The notes: generated by a model from the letters alone, not told the origin. A stretch of 64,000 bases of DNA from Leptolyngbyaceae cyanobacterium (GCA_965263355.1 CBDHHL010000032.1:3488001-3552000); one strand, 5' to 3'. Numbered from the stretch's first letter, positions 9,216 to 19,894 are shown. A program made the numbers and translations.

Positions 9216-11165
9216 TTATTGGGGGAGACCGCAGCCGTCACCTTGGGGCACCAACACAACTGCATGGGGTACTATACGAGACTCAAAAACAATCAGAGAT
9301 TCTCCTTGGTATACTAGAGAGGTGCTAGCACCAGAATCTAGCATGACCGCATTATAAAAACCCGCTTTAGCTAACAACTCACCTAAGCCAACGGAATCAA
9401 TCTGAGCATGGGTGGCACCAACAACAGGTTGGCCCTCCATATTGATACCCCAAAATGCGCGAAAGCGATGTTCCTCATAGGCGAACAAGTTTTTAAATGT
9501 GCGGGCCGACTGGGGTTCTTGTTCTCGCACCAACCAACCGGCACCGACAAATGCATCGGTGACATCTGGCATTTCTTGTTGAATGCCCTCTAGGGTATTG
9601 TGTAACTCTGGATCGAAAGCGATAAATTTTACTTCTTCAGGACTCATTAAAACGAGAGGACGGCCTCTGAGTTTATAGATATCACCCGAGCTTCCAGGAA
9701 TAAATTCTCCCGTATTTTGCCCCATGACTGGCCCAATCATAACGTTGGAGTCCAGAAATTCTAACGAAAAGAAGGTACCATCGACCGCAGCAACAGCGTC
9801 GGACTGGGCCACAATTTCAGTCAAGGGATAACGACTGTCCGCATGGATTGTTTTGGGTTGACCACCACTGATCAAGGTCATCGGCAGGTCATCAATCTCT
9901 ACATCCAGCCGCTGAATCGGTGCCTCAAAGTTAAGGGCAGGCTTAACTCCTGGCAAGGGTGGTCCGCCCCAGGCGGATTCAATTACCTCATAGAAACGGG
10001 ACTCGCCAAAGCGCTCAATGGTTAACAGGTCCTCTGACTCCCCCGCAAACTTGCCTGAATCATTGCGCATAATCAGACCAGCCCTGTAACCTGCTGCTTC
10101 GGTCGCTTCTACCACCCGCTCGTCGTGGTTGCCTTCTGGATAGGTAAAGTAATGAATTGGGATACCTAATTTATCTTCTAGACGCTCTTTAGCGACTTCT
10201 AACTCATAGCGCAATTCTGCATCCGACAGTTCTCGTAAGTCTCTAGGATGGGTGACACTGTGGGATACGATGGTAACCAATGGATCTTGGGCCATCTCTT
10301 CCACCTGTTCCCAATCGACGGTAGAGCGGCCAATAATATTACCGTCAACCTTGTCAGTAAAGATCGACAAGGCAACAGGGTAGTTATAGTACTTTGCTAG
10401 TTGATAAACATAGTCATAGTGACCAACATAGCCATCATCAAAGGTTAAAACAACAGGTTTTTCTGGCAACGGTACCCCTGTCCTGAGATGGTTAACCAAC
10501 TGGTCAAGACTAATCGGTGTTAGGTTCTTGGCTTGAATCGCTCGAAAGTCCTCGTTTAAGCGAGAAGGAGTGATATCGAAGAAAACCTCTGTTTCTTCTA
10601 AGACATCGTGATACATGATCACAGGCACCCTGGCCAACTGAGCCCGTTCATGGAGTTGAGGCCATCGAACAGACTCTAGCTGTGCGTTTAGATGGGCCAC
10701 CCACTGGGAAATTTGACTCTGACTACCCTGGTTTGCTTGGGTACCCCAAGCAGATAGGGTCTGCCCCAGACTATCAATAGAGTTGGAAGCCGGTAGTGCC
10801 GGGAAACAATAATAATCGTCAGCAGAGACGGCTGGAGATTGTAGCGTATCTACAGGTGTATCTATAAAAGAGACTAATTCTCCGTCTAAGTCGGTATCGG
10901 CAATCGTATTGAAAACAATGGGTGCGATCGCAGCCGACGGCAAACTAGCCGTAGCTCGCCCAAGACTGTTCGTCAGGCCATCCCCAAACGCCAGGGAAGA
11001 AACAACTCTGACATCTCCGCTACCAGACCCTCTGGCCCCATACAGGAGCCCACCCCCAAACGCTAATAACAGACTCGCCCCCAGGGCAAACCTTCTGCGT
11101 AACAAACGTGACAACATTGCTTGTGACTTAGCTTGGGAAGAAATGGTTAGATCACAAGCCTCCAT
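9216..11165 (-). CDS. membrane-anchored polysaccharide deacetylase with C-terminal phosphodiester-glycosidase-like domain
   Basis: PVIMYHD, LTFDDGY, SHSVTH, FTYPEG (NodB); C-terminal LDSGAST; N-terminal hydrophobic anchor. Confidence 0.85.
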   Translation of the reverse strand: MEACDLTISSQAKSQAMLSRLLRRRFALGASLLLAFGGGLLYGARGSGSGDVRVVSSLAFGDGLTNSLGRATASLPSAAIAPIVFNTIADTDLDGELVSFIDTPVDTLQSPAVSADDYYCFPALPASNSIDSLGQTLSAWGTQANQGSQSQISQWVAHLNAQLESVRWPQLHERAQLARVPVIMYHDVLEETEVFFDITPSRLNEDFRAIQAKNLTPISLDQLVNHLRTGVPLPEKPVVLTFDDGYVGHYDYVYQLAKYYNYPVALSIFTDKVDGNIIGRSTVDWEQVEEMAQDPLVTIVSHSVTHPRDLRELSDAELRYELEVAKERLEDKLGIPIHYFTYPEGNHDERVVEATEAAGYRAGLIMRNDSGKFAGESEDLLTIERFGESRFYEVIESAWGGPPLPGVKPALNFEAPIQRLDVEIDDLPMTLISGGQPKTIHADSRYPLTEIVAQSDAVAAVDGTFFSLEFLDSNVMIGPVMGQNTGEFIPGSSGDIYKLRGRPLVLMSPEEVKFIAFDPELHNTLEGIQQEMPDVTDAFVGAGWLVREQEPQSARTFKNLFAYEEHRFRAFWGINMEGQPVVGATHAQIDSVGLGELLAKAGFYNAVMLDSGASTSLVYQGESLIVFESRIVPHAVVLVPQGDGCGLPQ

Positions 11166-11484
11166 CTGAGGATTCCTTACTATCTAGGGTTAAATTCATG
11201 CAATGTAAGCTACTACGTTTAAGCTAAGAAAACCTCAGCAAAAGATTAAGAAAAAATAAAGAACATGCCAATACCACTCCAACTAGCAGGGTAGCTTGGC
11301 TGGAGTGGCATTAGTATAGGTGCTTTTAAATGAACCGGTTCGGTATTGAACTTCAGAGGGTCCTAAGCTCCGAAGACTAAGCATAAGTTTATCGGAGGAG
11401 TGGGACAGATTTATCTGCCCATTAATAAAACGCCAACGTCGATTGCAAAACTTCAAAAATGCACAAAAATGCAAACTTAAGTAT

Positions 11485-12279
11485 TTACCAAGGCAATCGA
11501 CTACCATCCCAGGAGAAAAATGAGCCGTTATCGTCTAAGGTGACGTTTTCTAAAACCCCCATCAGTAGTCTTACCGTTTTTTCCACTGGAAAAAGTTTGC
11601 CTGGCGGAACGCCCCGTTGAAATGGCTCCGACAATTGGGTATTCGTCGTGCCAGGATGCAACAGCACAATCGCCGTTTGCTTACTGCGGCGACTGTATTC
11701 AATTGCTGCTGTCTTCAAGAACATATTCAAAGCAGCTTTAGATGCGCGGTAACCGTACCAGCCACCGAGACGATTGTCTTCAATGCTGCCAATTTTGGCA
11801 GAGATAGTGGCAAACACATTAGGGGTTGTATGGTTTAGCAACGGTAGTAAATGTTTGGCTAAGAGGGCCGCTCCAATGCTATTCACCTGAAAGTAGCGCA
11901 TGAGGTGCTCAGCATTGAGCTGTCGCAACGCCTTTTCTGGGGTGATGTCCCCCTCGTGCAAAAAACCCACACAATTAATCACAAAATGAAGTTCAGGTGT
12001 ACTAGTTTTGATCGCAGCGATACCGGCTTCAATTTGGGTTTCATGGGTTAAATCCATGGCCATGCAATGGAGCCTGCCATGGGTCTGAGCTAACTGCAGT
12101 AGCTCTGCTGCAGACGCGGCACTACGGTACGTAGCAAAAATTTGGTCAAACCGAACGTCGTTGAGTAACTGCTTGACAAAGCCTAGACCAATTCCTCGAC
12201 TCCCTCCAACCACCAGGGCATGCCCAGATTTTAGGTGCGAAAATATCGGCATTGCAGGGGGCATGGATGGATGGGACAT
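11485..12279 (-). CDS. short-chain dehydrogenase, CsgA/C-factor-like
   Basis: GGSRGIG, SAKIGSI, YRASKAALN, LHPGT. Confidence 0.88.
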   Translation of the reverse strand: MSHPSMPPAMPIFSHLKSGHALVVGGSRGIGLGFVKQLLNDVRFDQIFATYRSAASAAELLQLAQTHGRLHCMAMDLTHETQIEAGIAAIKTSTPELHFVINCVGFLHEGDITPEKALRQLNAEHLMRYFQVNSIGAALLAKHLLPLLNHTTPNVFATISAKIGSIEDNRLGGWYGYRASKAALNMFLKTAAIEYSRRSKQTAIVLLHPGTTNTQLSEPFQRGVPPGKLFPVEKTVRLLMGVLENVTLDDNGSFFSWDGSRLPW

Positions 12280-12358
12280 AAAATCGGTGGCGGGGGCAAT
12301 CGGACATTGGCGTAAGATAGCGCAGGCAGTTTGTACACGCTATATAAAGGAATAGACC

Positions 12359-13243
12359 GTGTCTGATATAAAGCCATCGATGAATCCATTTGCGGCATCC
12401 ACGGACTTTATTGCCGGGGTAGATCCAACCACTGCACCGGAGGGGGTGGGATGGTGGTTTGGATTTTGTGGATCGCGGCTGTTGGTGACCGTGGAAAGTG
12501 ATGGTGGGGAACAGGAGGAGATTAGCATTCCTCAGGAAGAGAGTTTAGATGCCCTAGGAATTCAGGTGTTGCGATCGCAATATCTGGGCACCTTAACCGA
12601 CATCCCTTGCTATGGAGCAGAACTCCCCAAAGATCTAGAACTACCGCCTGGGCTAGCGCTGCAACCACTCCGGGGACTATACGGCCAACTAGACGATCAG
12701 CTGTTTGCATTAGCAGGCCGTGCTACCCAACTCGTCGAGTGGGACCGCACCCACCAGTACTGTGGCTGTTGCGCCACACCGATGGAGCAATCACGGCAAG
12801 AACGGGTCAAACGTTGCCCAAACTGTGGTCTTAGCCAATATCCCCGCCTCTCGCCTGCGGTGATTATGTTGGTATCCCGTGGCTCTGAGGTGTTATTGGC
12901 CCGTGCCCCCCGGTTTCGCGCAGGCATGTATAGCGTGTTGGCAGGCTTTGTAGAACCCGGTGAATCGCTGGAAGAAACCGTAGTGCGGGAGGTCCAAGAA
13001 GAAGTGGGCATTGAAATCACAGATATCCGCTACTTTGGGTCCCAACCCTGGCCCTTTCCCAATTCACTTATGATTGGATTTACAGCCCGTTATGCCAGGG
13101 GTGACATCGTCATTGATCCAAAGGAAATTGAAGCTGCCGACTGGTTTACCAAAGAATCTCTACCCCCCGTACCTGGAAAACTCAGCATCGCCAGAAAGCT
13201 AATTGATTGGTTTATCGAAACAGGCAATCATGAATACTCCTAG
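12359..13243 (+). CDS. nudC: NAD(+)/NADH diphosphatase
   Basis: CxxC zinc ribbon, Nudix box GFVEPGESLEETVVREVQEEVG, SQPWPFPNS. Confidence 0.93.
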   Translation: MSDIKPSMNPFAASTDFIAGVDPTTAPEGVGWWFGFCGSRLLVTVESDGGEQEEISIPQEESLDALGIQVLRSQYLGTLTDIPCYGAELPKDLELPPGLALQPLRGLYGQLDDQLFALAGRATQLVEWDRTHQYCGCCATPMEQSRQERVKRCPNCGLSQYPRLSPAVIMLVSRGSEVLLARAPRFRAGMYSVLAGFVEPGESLEETVVREVQEEVGIEITDIRYFGSQPWPFPNSLMIGFTARYARGDIVIDPKEIEAADWFTKESLPPVPGKLSIARKLIDWFIETGNHEYS

Positions 13244-13820
13244 CCACGTCATTTTTAACCTTGCATTGCTGGGTCGCCGGTCGCAACCACACCTCAACAG
13301 CCCCATTTTTTGGGGGGCCATGGTGCCAGATTTAGCCATGTTTGGCTTCTATGGGTGGGCCAAATTGATCGCCCAGATGGATGAAGCCACCATTTGGGAC
13401 CAAGCCTACTATGACCCCTTTTGGCAAAATATTTTTGATGTCGGCAACTCGATTCCTCTGGCGTTAGTAGCAATTGCGATCGCACTTTGGCTCGGCAAAC
13501 GCTATCCCACTTGGCAGCCAGTGACCACGGGCACTATTTTTTTATCCATTAGCGTTATTTTTCACTGTCTGGGCGATTTACCCGTGCATGTGGACGACGG
13601 TCATCGACATTTTTGGCCCCTGACTAATTTCCGGTTCGAGAGTCCTGTTTCCTATTGGGATCCTGAGCACCATGGCGGTATCGTTGCCCTGATTGAATTT
13701 TTTCTCGTCATGGTAGCCAGTGTACGGGTTTGGCGATTATTAAAATCACCCTGGCTAAGAGGCTTCCTGCTACTCAGCAATGGTCTGATGTGGGTCATTT
13801 ATGCTGGGTTTTACCTGTAA
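13230..13820 (+). CDS. conserved membrane protein, putative metal-binding hydrolase
   Basis: MNTPSH start, GAMVPD and HCLGDLPVHVDDGHRHFWP motifs; overlaps the nudC end. Confidence 0.6.
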   Translation: MNTPSHVIFNLALLGRRSQPHLNSPIFWGAMVPDLAMFGFYGWAKLIAQMDEATIWDQAYYDPFWQNIFDVGNSIPLALVAIAIALWLGKRYPTWQPVTTGTIFLSISVIFHCLGDLPVHVDDGHRHFWPLTNFRFESPVSYWDPEHHGGIVALIEFFLVMVASVRVWRLLKSPWLRGFLLLSNGLMWVIYAGFYL

Positions 13821-13890
13821 ACCTTATCCACGTTCAGAACGGTCGTTTTCACGGTGAAGCCTCTCAAGGTTTCAAATTGATCGTGGTTTA
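13818..13890 (+). repeat. 73-bp MITE-like dispersed repeat, copy A
   Basis: TAAACCTTATCCACGTTCAGAA...TTGATCGTGGTTTA; aligns with 30514-30586 and 28669-28741. Confidence 0.75.
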
Positions 13891-13958
13891 GTCCAAGCCC
13901 ATCACGGTACCGTAGCAGTGTGATGGCCATTCAAGCTTGGAGTGTCTGATTAAAACCT

Positions 13959-14543
13959 ATGGGGCCAATCGAATCTTGGGAAGGCACGACGTCATCTGAT
14001 GTCGTATCTGCCGATGCCGATCTGCTGGCATCCTTGCAAGCAGGTCAAGTAGAGGCTCTGCGTACACTGTATCAACGTTATGGACGGTTAGTGTATACGC
14101 TGTCCCGTCGCATTCTCCACAGTGATGAAGAAGCTGAAGAAGTTACCCAGGATGTCTTTCTGACGCTGTGGCATAAAAACACCTATCAAGCCAAACGAGG
14201 CTCCCTCAGCCGCTACTTGGTAGTGTTAGCTCGCTCCCGCTCGATTGATAAGCTGCGATCGCAAACTTCCCATCGTCAGCGTTTACAAAAATGGCACATG
14301 ATCATGGCTGACGACGCGTCTACCCCTCTAGATATCGCCACCCTAACCGAGCGAGGAGAGCTGACCCGCCAGGCCCTCAGTAAGTTGTCAGACAAAGAAC
14401 GTCAGGTGATTGAAATTGCCTATTACGAAGGCCTCAGTCAATCAGAAATTGCCCAGCGTCTCAACATTCCCTTAGGCACCGTTAAATCACGCTCCCGTCA
14501 GGCCCTCCGCAAACTTCGCCAGGCCTTACAAAATCACCTCTAA
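13959..14543 (+). CDS. ECF sigma factor (SigK-like)
   Basis: AEEVTQDVFLTLW (region 2), YYEGLSQSEIAQRLNIPLGTVKSR (region 4). Confidence 0.9.
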   Translation: MGPIESWEGTTSSDVVSADADLLASLQAGQVEALRTLYQRYGRLVYTLSRRILHSDEEAEEVTQDVFLTLWHKNTYQAKRGSLSRYLVVLARSRSIDKLRSQTSHRQRLQKWHMIMADDASTPLDIATLTERGELTRQALSKLSDKERQVIEIAYYEGLSQSEIAQRLNIPLGTVKSRSRQALRKLRQALQNHL

Positions 14544-14582
14544 CCCCTACCGAACTTATACGTCTTCCCTCTTTGCCAGATT

Positions 14583-15449
14583 ATGCCGTTCGATTCTTTA
14601 TCCACTTCAGACCCGCATCCCGATTGGCATGACTTACTTGCAGGCTATGCTCTTGGTAACTTGTCACCTGAAGAACAAGCAACACTCCAGCAAATTTTGA
14701 CCGAGCAGCCTGAACTTAAAGCCGACGTTCAGACATACCAGGAAACCCTGGCCCTTGTGCCCTATGCCCTAGAGCCACAGGCGCTACCCATGGCATTAGA
14801 GGAAACAATTGTCGCCGCCGCCCAAGCCGGTCAATCCCTCTCCCACCAAACCCACCGCACAACTCGCCCCAACTCCAGACAAATTCCTAGACAACCATCC
14901 TGGTATAGTGGTGCGATCGCCGCTGCCCTATTAGTTGCAATGTTCATGGGGTTTGATAACTATCGCCTACGCCAACAGCAGAGAAGCCTGCAAGCCCAAC
15001 TAGAAACCACACAAAACCAGTTACAAAAACAATTGAAAGCCTTGGCGCAAGCCGACGCTAAAGCCAATCAAACTACAGCCAGCTTTGAGCCAGTCATCGA
15101 CATTCTGCGCCAACCCAATGCGTTGGTGTATTCCTTAAAAGGCACCGATGAAGCATTAACGTCATCTGGTAGCCTGCTCACTCTCCCTGATCATTCAGAA
15201 GTACAACTGGTATCCCACAATTTGCCTGTTTTGCCAGCGGACAAAGTCTACCGCCTCTGGTCCGTCGTTACCGAGGAATCAGCCCCCTTATTTTGCGGCC
15301 AGTTCAACAACACTGAAATCGGTAATGTCCAATGGACAGTGCCCGATACCCTGTGTAATGCCAAACCAGTCAAGGTGATTATTACCATTGATGCCGTTGT
15401 CGATCCACCGGTACCCAAAGGCCCAGCTGTCCTTACCGGTAATATTTAA
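14583..15449 (+). CDS. anti-sigma factor, RskA-like
   Basis: LLAGYALGNLSPEE N-terminus, one TM helix, coiled coil, YRLW in extracytoplasmic domain; follows the ECF sigma. Confidence 0.85.
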   Translation: MPFDSLSTSDPHPDWHDLLAGYALGNLSPEEQATLQQILTEQPELKADVQTYQETLALVPYALEPQALPMALEETIVAAAQAGQSLSHQTHRTTRPNSRQIPRQPSWYSGAIAAALLVAMFMGFDNYRLRQQQRSLQAQLETTQNQLQKQLKALAQADAKANQTTASFEPVIDILRQPNALVYSLKGTDEALTSSGSLLTLPDHSEVQLVSHNLPVLPADKVYRLWSVVTEESAPLFCGQFNNTEIGNVQWTVPDTLCNAKPVKVIITIDAVVDPPVPKGPAVLTGNI

Positions 15450-15556
15450 AGCTGAGCCATTTTTTTATCCTTGGTTTAGGGGAACCTCAGTAAAATCTCA
15501 GACTTGATGCTCATTCTGGTAATCAAAACAGTCTAGTTTGATACCAGGAGGTCTCT

Positions 15557-15733
15557 ATGCAAAGCTTTGACGCTTCAAGTAGGCTTTCGAGTGGAGCCCT
15601 GGCAGCAATGATAGTACTCGCAATCCCAATGCAGACCCTTGCTGCTATGTCTGTCCAGCAACAGCTCAAAACTGATACCCCCCAGGCTCAGACCACCATT
15701 AAGGAATGGCACTGGCGTGATATGGCATTTTGA
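15557..15733 (+). CDS. putative 58-aa small protein with hydrophobic core
   Basis: AGGAGG 5 nt before ATG; MQSFDASSRLSSGALAAMIVLAIPMQTLAAMSVQQQLKTDTPQAQTTIKEWHWRDMAF. Confidence 0.45.
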   Translation: MQSFDASSRLSSGALAAMIVLAIPMQTLAAMSVQQQLKTDTPQAQTTIKEWHWRDMAF

Positions 15734-15759
15734 GGTTAGTCCGAACAGAACAATGTTCT

Positions 15760-18303
15760 CTAACTGAGATTGAGTGGATCAACATCGATGGTTAGCCTGA
15801 CTGATTTGGGGAGGTGCGATCTCAGCACAGTTAAATCAGGAACAGCCATATCCAGGGGCAGTTTCAGCAACACATGCCAGCGATAGCGTCGGGCTACCCG
15901 CACTATAGGGGCTGGTGTCGGGCCTAATACACTGGCCCCCAATAGACCATCGGCCCAATCCATCGGCTGCTCTCCCTCAACGGCAACTAGCCCTGGAAGC
16001 TGTTGAGTACAGAGGTCCGCACAACATTGGGCAGCGGTTTCTGCCTCTGCCTCTACAGGACTGGTCAGCCTCAATAGCACTAGACGACCATAGGGGGGAT
16101 AGCCTAGCAACTGCCGGTGTTTGATTTCATGGTCGATAAATGCTGAGTAACTATGGTCTTTAGCCGCACCAACCACTGGATGCTCTGGTGTATAGGTCTG
16201 TAAAATCACCTGGCCAGGTCGTTCTCCTCGCCCTGCTCGCCCTGCTACCTGGGTCAATGTTTGAAACGCTCGCTCTCCTGACCAATAGTCAGGCATATGC
16301 AACAACCCATCGGCAGCCACCACACCCACCACTGTAATTTGGGGCAGATCAATGCCCTTAGTGAGCATTTGAGTCCCGACCAAAACATCAGCTTCACCAC
16401 CGGCAAACCGTTCCAGCAAAGCCCGATGCGCTCCCTTAGCCCGAGTTGTATCACTATCAAACCGCAGACAGCTTAGCCCTGGGAACTGGCTCTTTAACTC
16501 ATGGACAATACGTTGGGTGCCGCTACCAAAGAACTTTAAGTAGGGCGACTTACAATTAGGGCACACCTCGGGATGTCTCTGGCCATAGCCACAATAGTGA
16601 CAGCGGAGGTGAGCCGAACCACCATCCTCCTGCGGCTGATGATAGGCCAGGGACACATCACAATCCGGGCAGTCCATCACATGACCACAGTTGCGACAGG
16701 AAACAAAGCGACTATGGCCCCGCCGATGAATAAACAACAGGCCCTGTTCCCCCTTAGCCTGCATTTGCTCCAGGGCTGTTTGAAGCGAACGACTAAAAAC
16801 AGAGCGGTTCCCTGCCTGCAGCTCCAGACGCATATCGACCACGTTAACGGGGGGTAAGGGACGTTGATGCACCCGATTAGGCAGAGATAGATATAACCGC
16901 TGGTGTAGGGGCGTCGCATGCAACGCCCCTACACCAGCGGTAGCTTTAACCCCAACCCACGTCTCCAATGCAGGGGTCGCCGATCCTAAAATCAGAGGAC
17001 AGTCAGCCATTTCCGCTCGCCACTGGGCTACGGTGCGGGCATGGTAACAGGGGGCAGGCTGATCTTGCTTAAAACTACTGTCATGCTCCTCATCCAAAAT
17101 AATCAGCCCCAGATTTGGCAATGGCGAGAAAATAGCGGAACGAGTCCCGATCACCACCTGAGGGTAGCCAGCTAGCATTTGTCGCCAGGTATCATAGCGT
17201 TCCCCTTGGGATAAACCACTGTGATAAACACAGACTTGCTCACCAAAACGGGCCTGAAATCGATCGGTAAGTTGGGGGGTCAATCCAATTTCAGGCACCA
17301 ATACTAAAACAGAGTTACCGGCCCGTAATCGCGACACAATCGCTTGCAAATACACCTCTGTTTTACCGGACCCCGTCACCCCATGGAGCAATACCTGAGC
17401 ATAACCAATTAGTTGATTTAAGCGGCTGAGTACCTGACTTTGGTCAGGAGTCAGCGTCTTTGGCTGGTCTGCCTGAGCTTGTGAATGACTACTGACCCGT
17501 AGCTGCTCTCGGGGCTCAATGGTGAGATAGCCTTTGCTCGCCAATCGCTGTAGCGTCGCGCTGGTAGTACGCAGTCTTTGCAGAGCATCACTGAGCCAGA
17601 GATCACTCCCATAACGCTGCAACGTGATTAAAATTTCCCGCTGACGACTAGTTAGGCTCCCTGCTGCGGGAACACCATGGGAAATTAAGCTAACGGCCTG
17701 ACGCTGCTGAGGACGAGGTGGCCTGGGAACCGTTAAATAACTTTCTACCCAACCATGGCTTAGCAGCTGACTTAGTCCGGCTTGTGCCTGTCGATGCTGA
17801 CCCTGCAAATAACGCCACGTGTAATCACCTCTGGGACAACGGCATAGGGCCTCTAACAAAGCTCGGGCTGGCGGATTAAGACCAGGTAACGTAGCCAATA
17901 AATCTGGATTCTGGGGGGATTTTTTTAATCGAATCCTGCGTTGAGAACGGCCTAATAAACCCGGTGGCAATGCTGTTCGAATCACCTGAATTAGAGCTGT
18001 CTGATAATAGTCAGCCACCCGTTGCAATAATTTCCAATAATCTTTAGAAAAAAAGCCTCGGCTAACAATGGTTTCAATGTTTCGAAGCTGATAATCGATG
18101 TCAGCTATTGATGAGGTCGATAATAATCGAATTGCGATCGCACCTAGCTGCCGCCCTCCAAATGGGACACTGACAATATCGCCTGGCTCAACTGCAAACT
18201 CTTTAGATATTCTGTATGTATAAAGTCCCTGAACACCAGGACAGTCCACCAATACTTCAACAGCATCAAAAGGCCTCCCAGCAGTAGTTTTAGAACAAGA
18301 CAT
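15760..18303 (-). CDS. priA: primosomal protein N' helicase
   Basis: GVTGSGKTEVY, DEEH, SATP, four CxxC pairs, QVAGRAGR. Confidence 0.95.
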   Translation of the reverse strand: MSCSKTTAGRPFDAVEVLVDCPGVQGLYTYRISKEFAVEPGDIVSVPFGGRQLGAIAIRLLSTSSIADIDYQLRNIETIVSRGFFSKDYWKLLQRVADYYQTALIQVIRTALPPGLLGRSQRRIRLKKSPQNPDLLATLPGLNPPARALLEALCRCPRGDYTWRYLQGQHRQAQAGLSQLLSHGWVESYLTVPRPPRPQQRQAVSLISHGVPAAGSLTSRQREILITLQRYGSDLWLSDALQRLRTTSATLQRLASKGYLTIEPREQLRVSSHSQAQADQPKTLTPDQSQVLSRLNQLIGYAQVLLHGVTGSGKTEVYLQAIVSRLRAGNSVLVLVPEIGLTPQLTDRFQARFGEQVCVYHSGLSQGERYDTWRQMLAGYPQVVIGTRSAIFSPLPNLGLIILDEEHDSSFKQDQPAPCYHARTVAQWRAEMADCPLILGSATPALETWVGVKATAGVGALHATPLHQRLYLSLPNRVHQRPLPPVNVVDMRLELQAGNRSVFSRSLQTALEQMQAKGEQGLLFIHRRGHSRFVSCRNCGHVMDCPDCDVSLAYHQPQEDGGSAHLRCHYCGYGQRHPEVCPNCKSPYLKFFGSGTQRIVHELKSQFPGLSCLRFDSDTTRAKGAHRALLERFAGGEADVLVGTQMLTKGIDLPQITVVGVVAADGLLHMPDYWSGERAFQTLTQVAGRAGRGERPGQVILQTYTPEHPVVGAAKDHSYSAFIDHEIKHRQLLGYPPYGRLVLLRLTSPVEAEAETAAQCCADLCTQQLPGLVAVEGEQPMDWADGLLGASVLGPTPAPIVRVARRYRWHVLLKLPLDMAVPDLTVLRSHLPKSVRLTIDVDPLNLS
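16896..16941. repeat. 28-bp GTAG palindrome with 9-bp inverted flanks, inside priA
   Basis: ACCGCTGGT-GTAGGGGCGTCGCATGCAACGCCCCTAC-ACCAGCGGT. Confidence 0.85.
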
Positions 18304-18466
18304 TCAATTTAAACTAGGGATAAACGTAGACGTCTATAGACGTCTATCCAACAAAAAATAGCGCTCTCAAACTATTAGATACCAGGCAAAAAATAGGTGT
18401 TTTTACACAAGCTTTCAAAGCTAAATGTCATGAAAACTTTACATGTCGCAAAGAATAGAATTAAAC

Positions 18467-18480
18467 GTTACAAAAGCTAC
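18467..18480. promoter_or_regulatory. possible NtcA site upstream of sigE
   Basis: GTTACAAAAGCTAC, one mismatch to GTA-N8-TAC. Confidence 0.4.
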
Positions 18481-18659
18481 AAGAACCTTGATAAATAAGA
18501 GTTTTCATCCTCCAAAAAATATCATGGTGGACAGTGCTCCAGAATGATATTGGTATAGTGGAATTAGGGCTAAATGTAGTCCTAACTTAAATGATAGCTA
18601 GCTGCATCCTTCAGCTAACTTTTCAGACCCCTTCAGGCACAGAATTTTCTTGCGGAACT

Positions 18660-19838
18660 ATGGCTCCTTCTGTTAATTCCCCAGAAACAGCAGTAATTGA
18701 CGCTTGGACCGAGATGGAGCAAGCGCCCCAATCTAAGAAGAGCAATAATCGTCAAGGTAGTCAGTTTAGCGAAGAATCGCAGGGTCCTAGTTGGGACCGG
18801 TCAGACAGTAACGGACAAGACGATGATTTAGGTGGTGATCCAACCGCTGAATTGACCGCAGAAGTGGCCTCTGCCTATAAAAAGACCTTGGCTGATGATG
18901 CAGTGGGAGCTTTCTTCAAGGAAATGGCTCGATATCCATTGCTCAAAGCGGACGAAGAGATAGAGTTAGCTCGCCAAGTCAAATTTCTAGCCGATGTAGA
19001 AGCGTTATCGAAACAACTAGGTGAACAGCTCAAGCGCACCCCCAGCCGTTTGGAAATGGCTAATGCACTGGACTGTAATGAAGATGAGTTTCAGCATCGT
19101 TTAAAGTATGCCCGCACTGCCAAGCGGAAGATGATCCGCTCTAATCTTCGACTGGTTGTTTCAATTGCCAAGCGCTATCTAAACCGGGGTGTGCCTTTCC
19201 TGGATTTGATTCAGGAGGGCGCGTTAGGTCTCAATCGTGCCGCTGAAAAGTTTGATCCCGACAAGGGGTATAAGTTTTCTACTTACGCTTATTGGTGGAT
19301 TCGCCAGGGTATTACCCGGACCATTGCTAATGATGCCCGGACGATTCGATTACCTATCCACATTGTCGAAAAGCTGAATAAACTCAAAAAGACCCAGCGA
19401 GAGCTGCGCAAACAGCTTAACCGTGCACCAACTGAGACTGAACTAGCCGCAGAGTTAGACCTTACCCCTGAGCAGTTGCGCAGTCTACAACAGGTGCGAC
19501 GCAAGTCTCTTTCCCTAAATCATCGAGTGGGCAAAGGTGAAGATACAGAACTGATGGAGTTACTAGAGGATGGGAGTACTCTGTCACCTGAGTCTCGGAT
19601 GAATGAGTCGATGATGCGTCAGGAGATTTCCGACGTATTGACAGAGGTATTAACTGAGCGTGAGAAGGATATTATTTCCCTGCGCTACGGTTTAACTACT
19701 GGAGAACCCCACACCCTCGAAGAAGTAGGTGGCATCTTTAATCTATCGCGGGAGCGTGTGCGGCAAATCCAAACGAAAGCGATGCGCAAATTACGTCGCC
19801 CTCAAGTTGCCTCTCGCCTAAAAAACTGGCTCCGATAG
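18660..19838 (+). CDS. sigE: group 2 sigma-70 factor, SigE clade
   Basis: Region 1.2 DAVGAFFKEMARYPLL, characteristic of SigE; KFSTYAYWWIRQ; ERVRQIQ. Confidence 0.8.
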   Translation: MAPSVNSPETAVIDAWTEMEQAPQSKKSNNRQGSQFSEESQGPSWDRSDSNGQDDDLGGDPTAELTAEVASAYKKTLADDAVGAFFKEMARYPLLKADEEIELARQVKFLADVEALSKQLGEQLKRTPSRLEMANALDCNEDEFQHRLKYARTAKRKMIRSNLRLVVSIAKRYLNRGVPFLDLIQEGALGLNRAAEKFDPDKGYKFSTYAYWWIRQGITRTIANDARTIRLPIHIVEKLNKLKKTQRELRKQLNRAPTETELAAELDLTPEQLRSLQQVRRKSLSLNHRVGKGEDTELMELLEDGSTLSPESRMNESMMRQEISDVLTEVLTEREKDIISLRYGLTTGEPHTLEEVGGIFNLSRERVRQIQTKAMRKLRRPQVASRLKNWLR

Positions 19839-19863
19839 CTATTTAACCTAAATCAACTGCTAA

Positions 19864-19894
19864 AGCCCTCTGATAGCGTTTGCATCGGAGGGCT
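19864..19894 (+). terminator. hairpin after sigE
   Basis: AGCCCTCTGAT...ATCGGAGGGCT. Confidence 0.5.

Noticed and set aside
18327..18347. Palindrome TAGACGTCTATAGACGTCTA upstream of priA
   Set aside because: Single 10-bp tandem duplication with no other copy or assignable regulator
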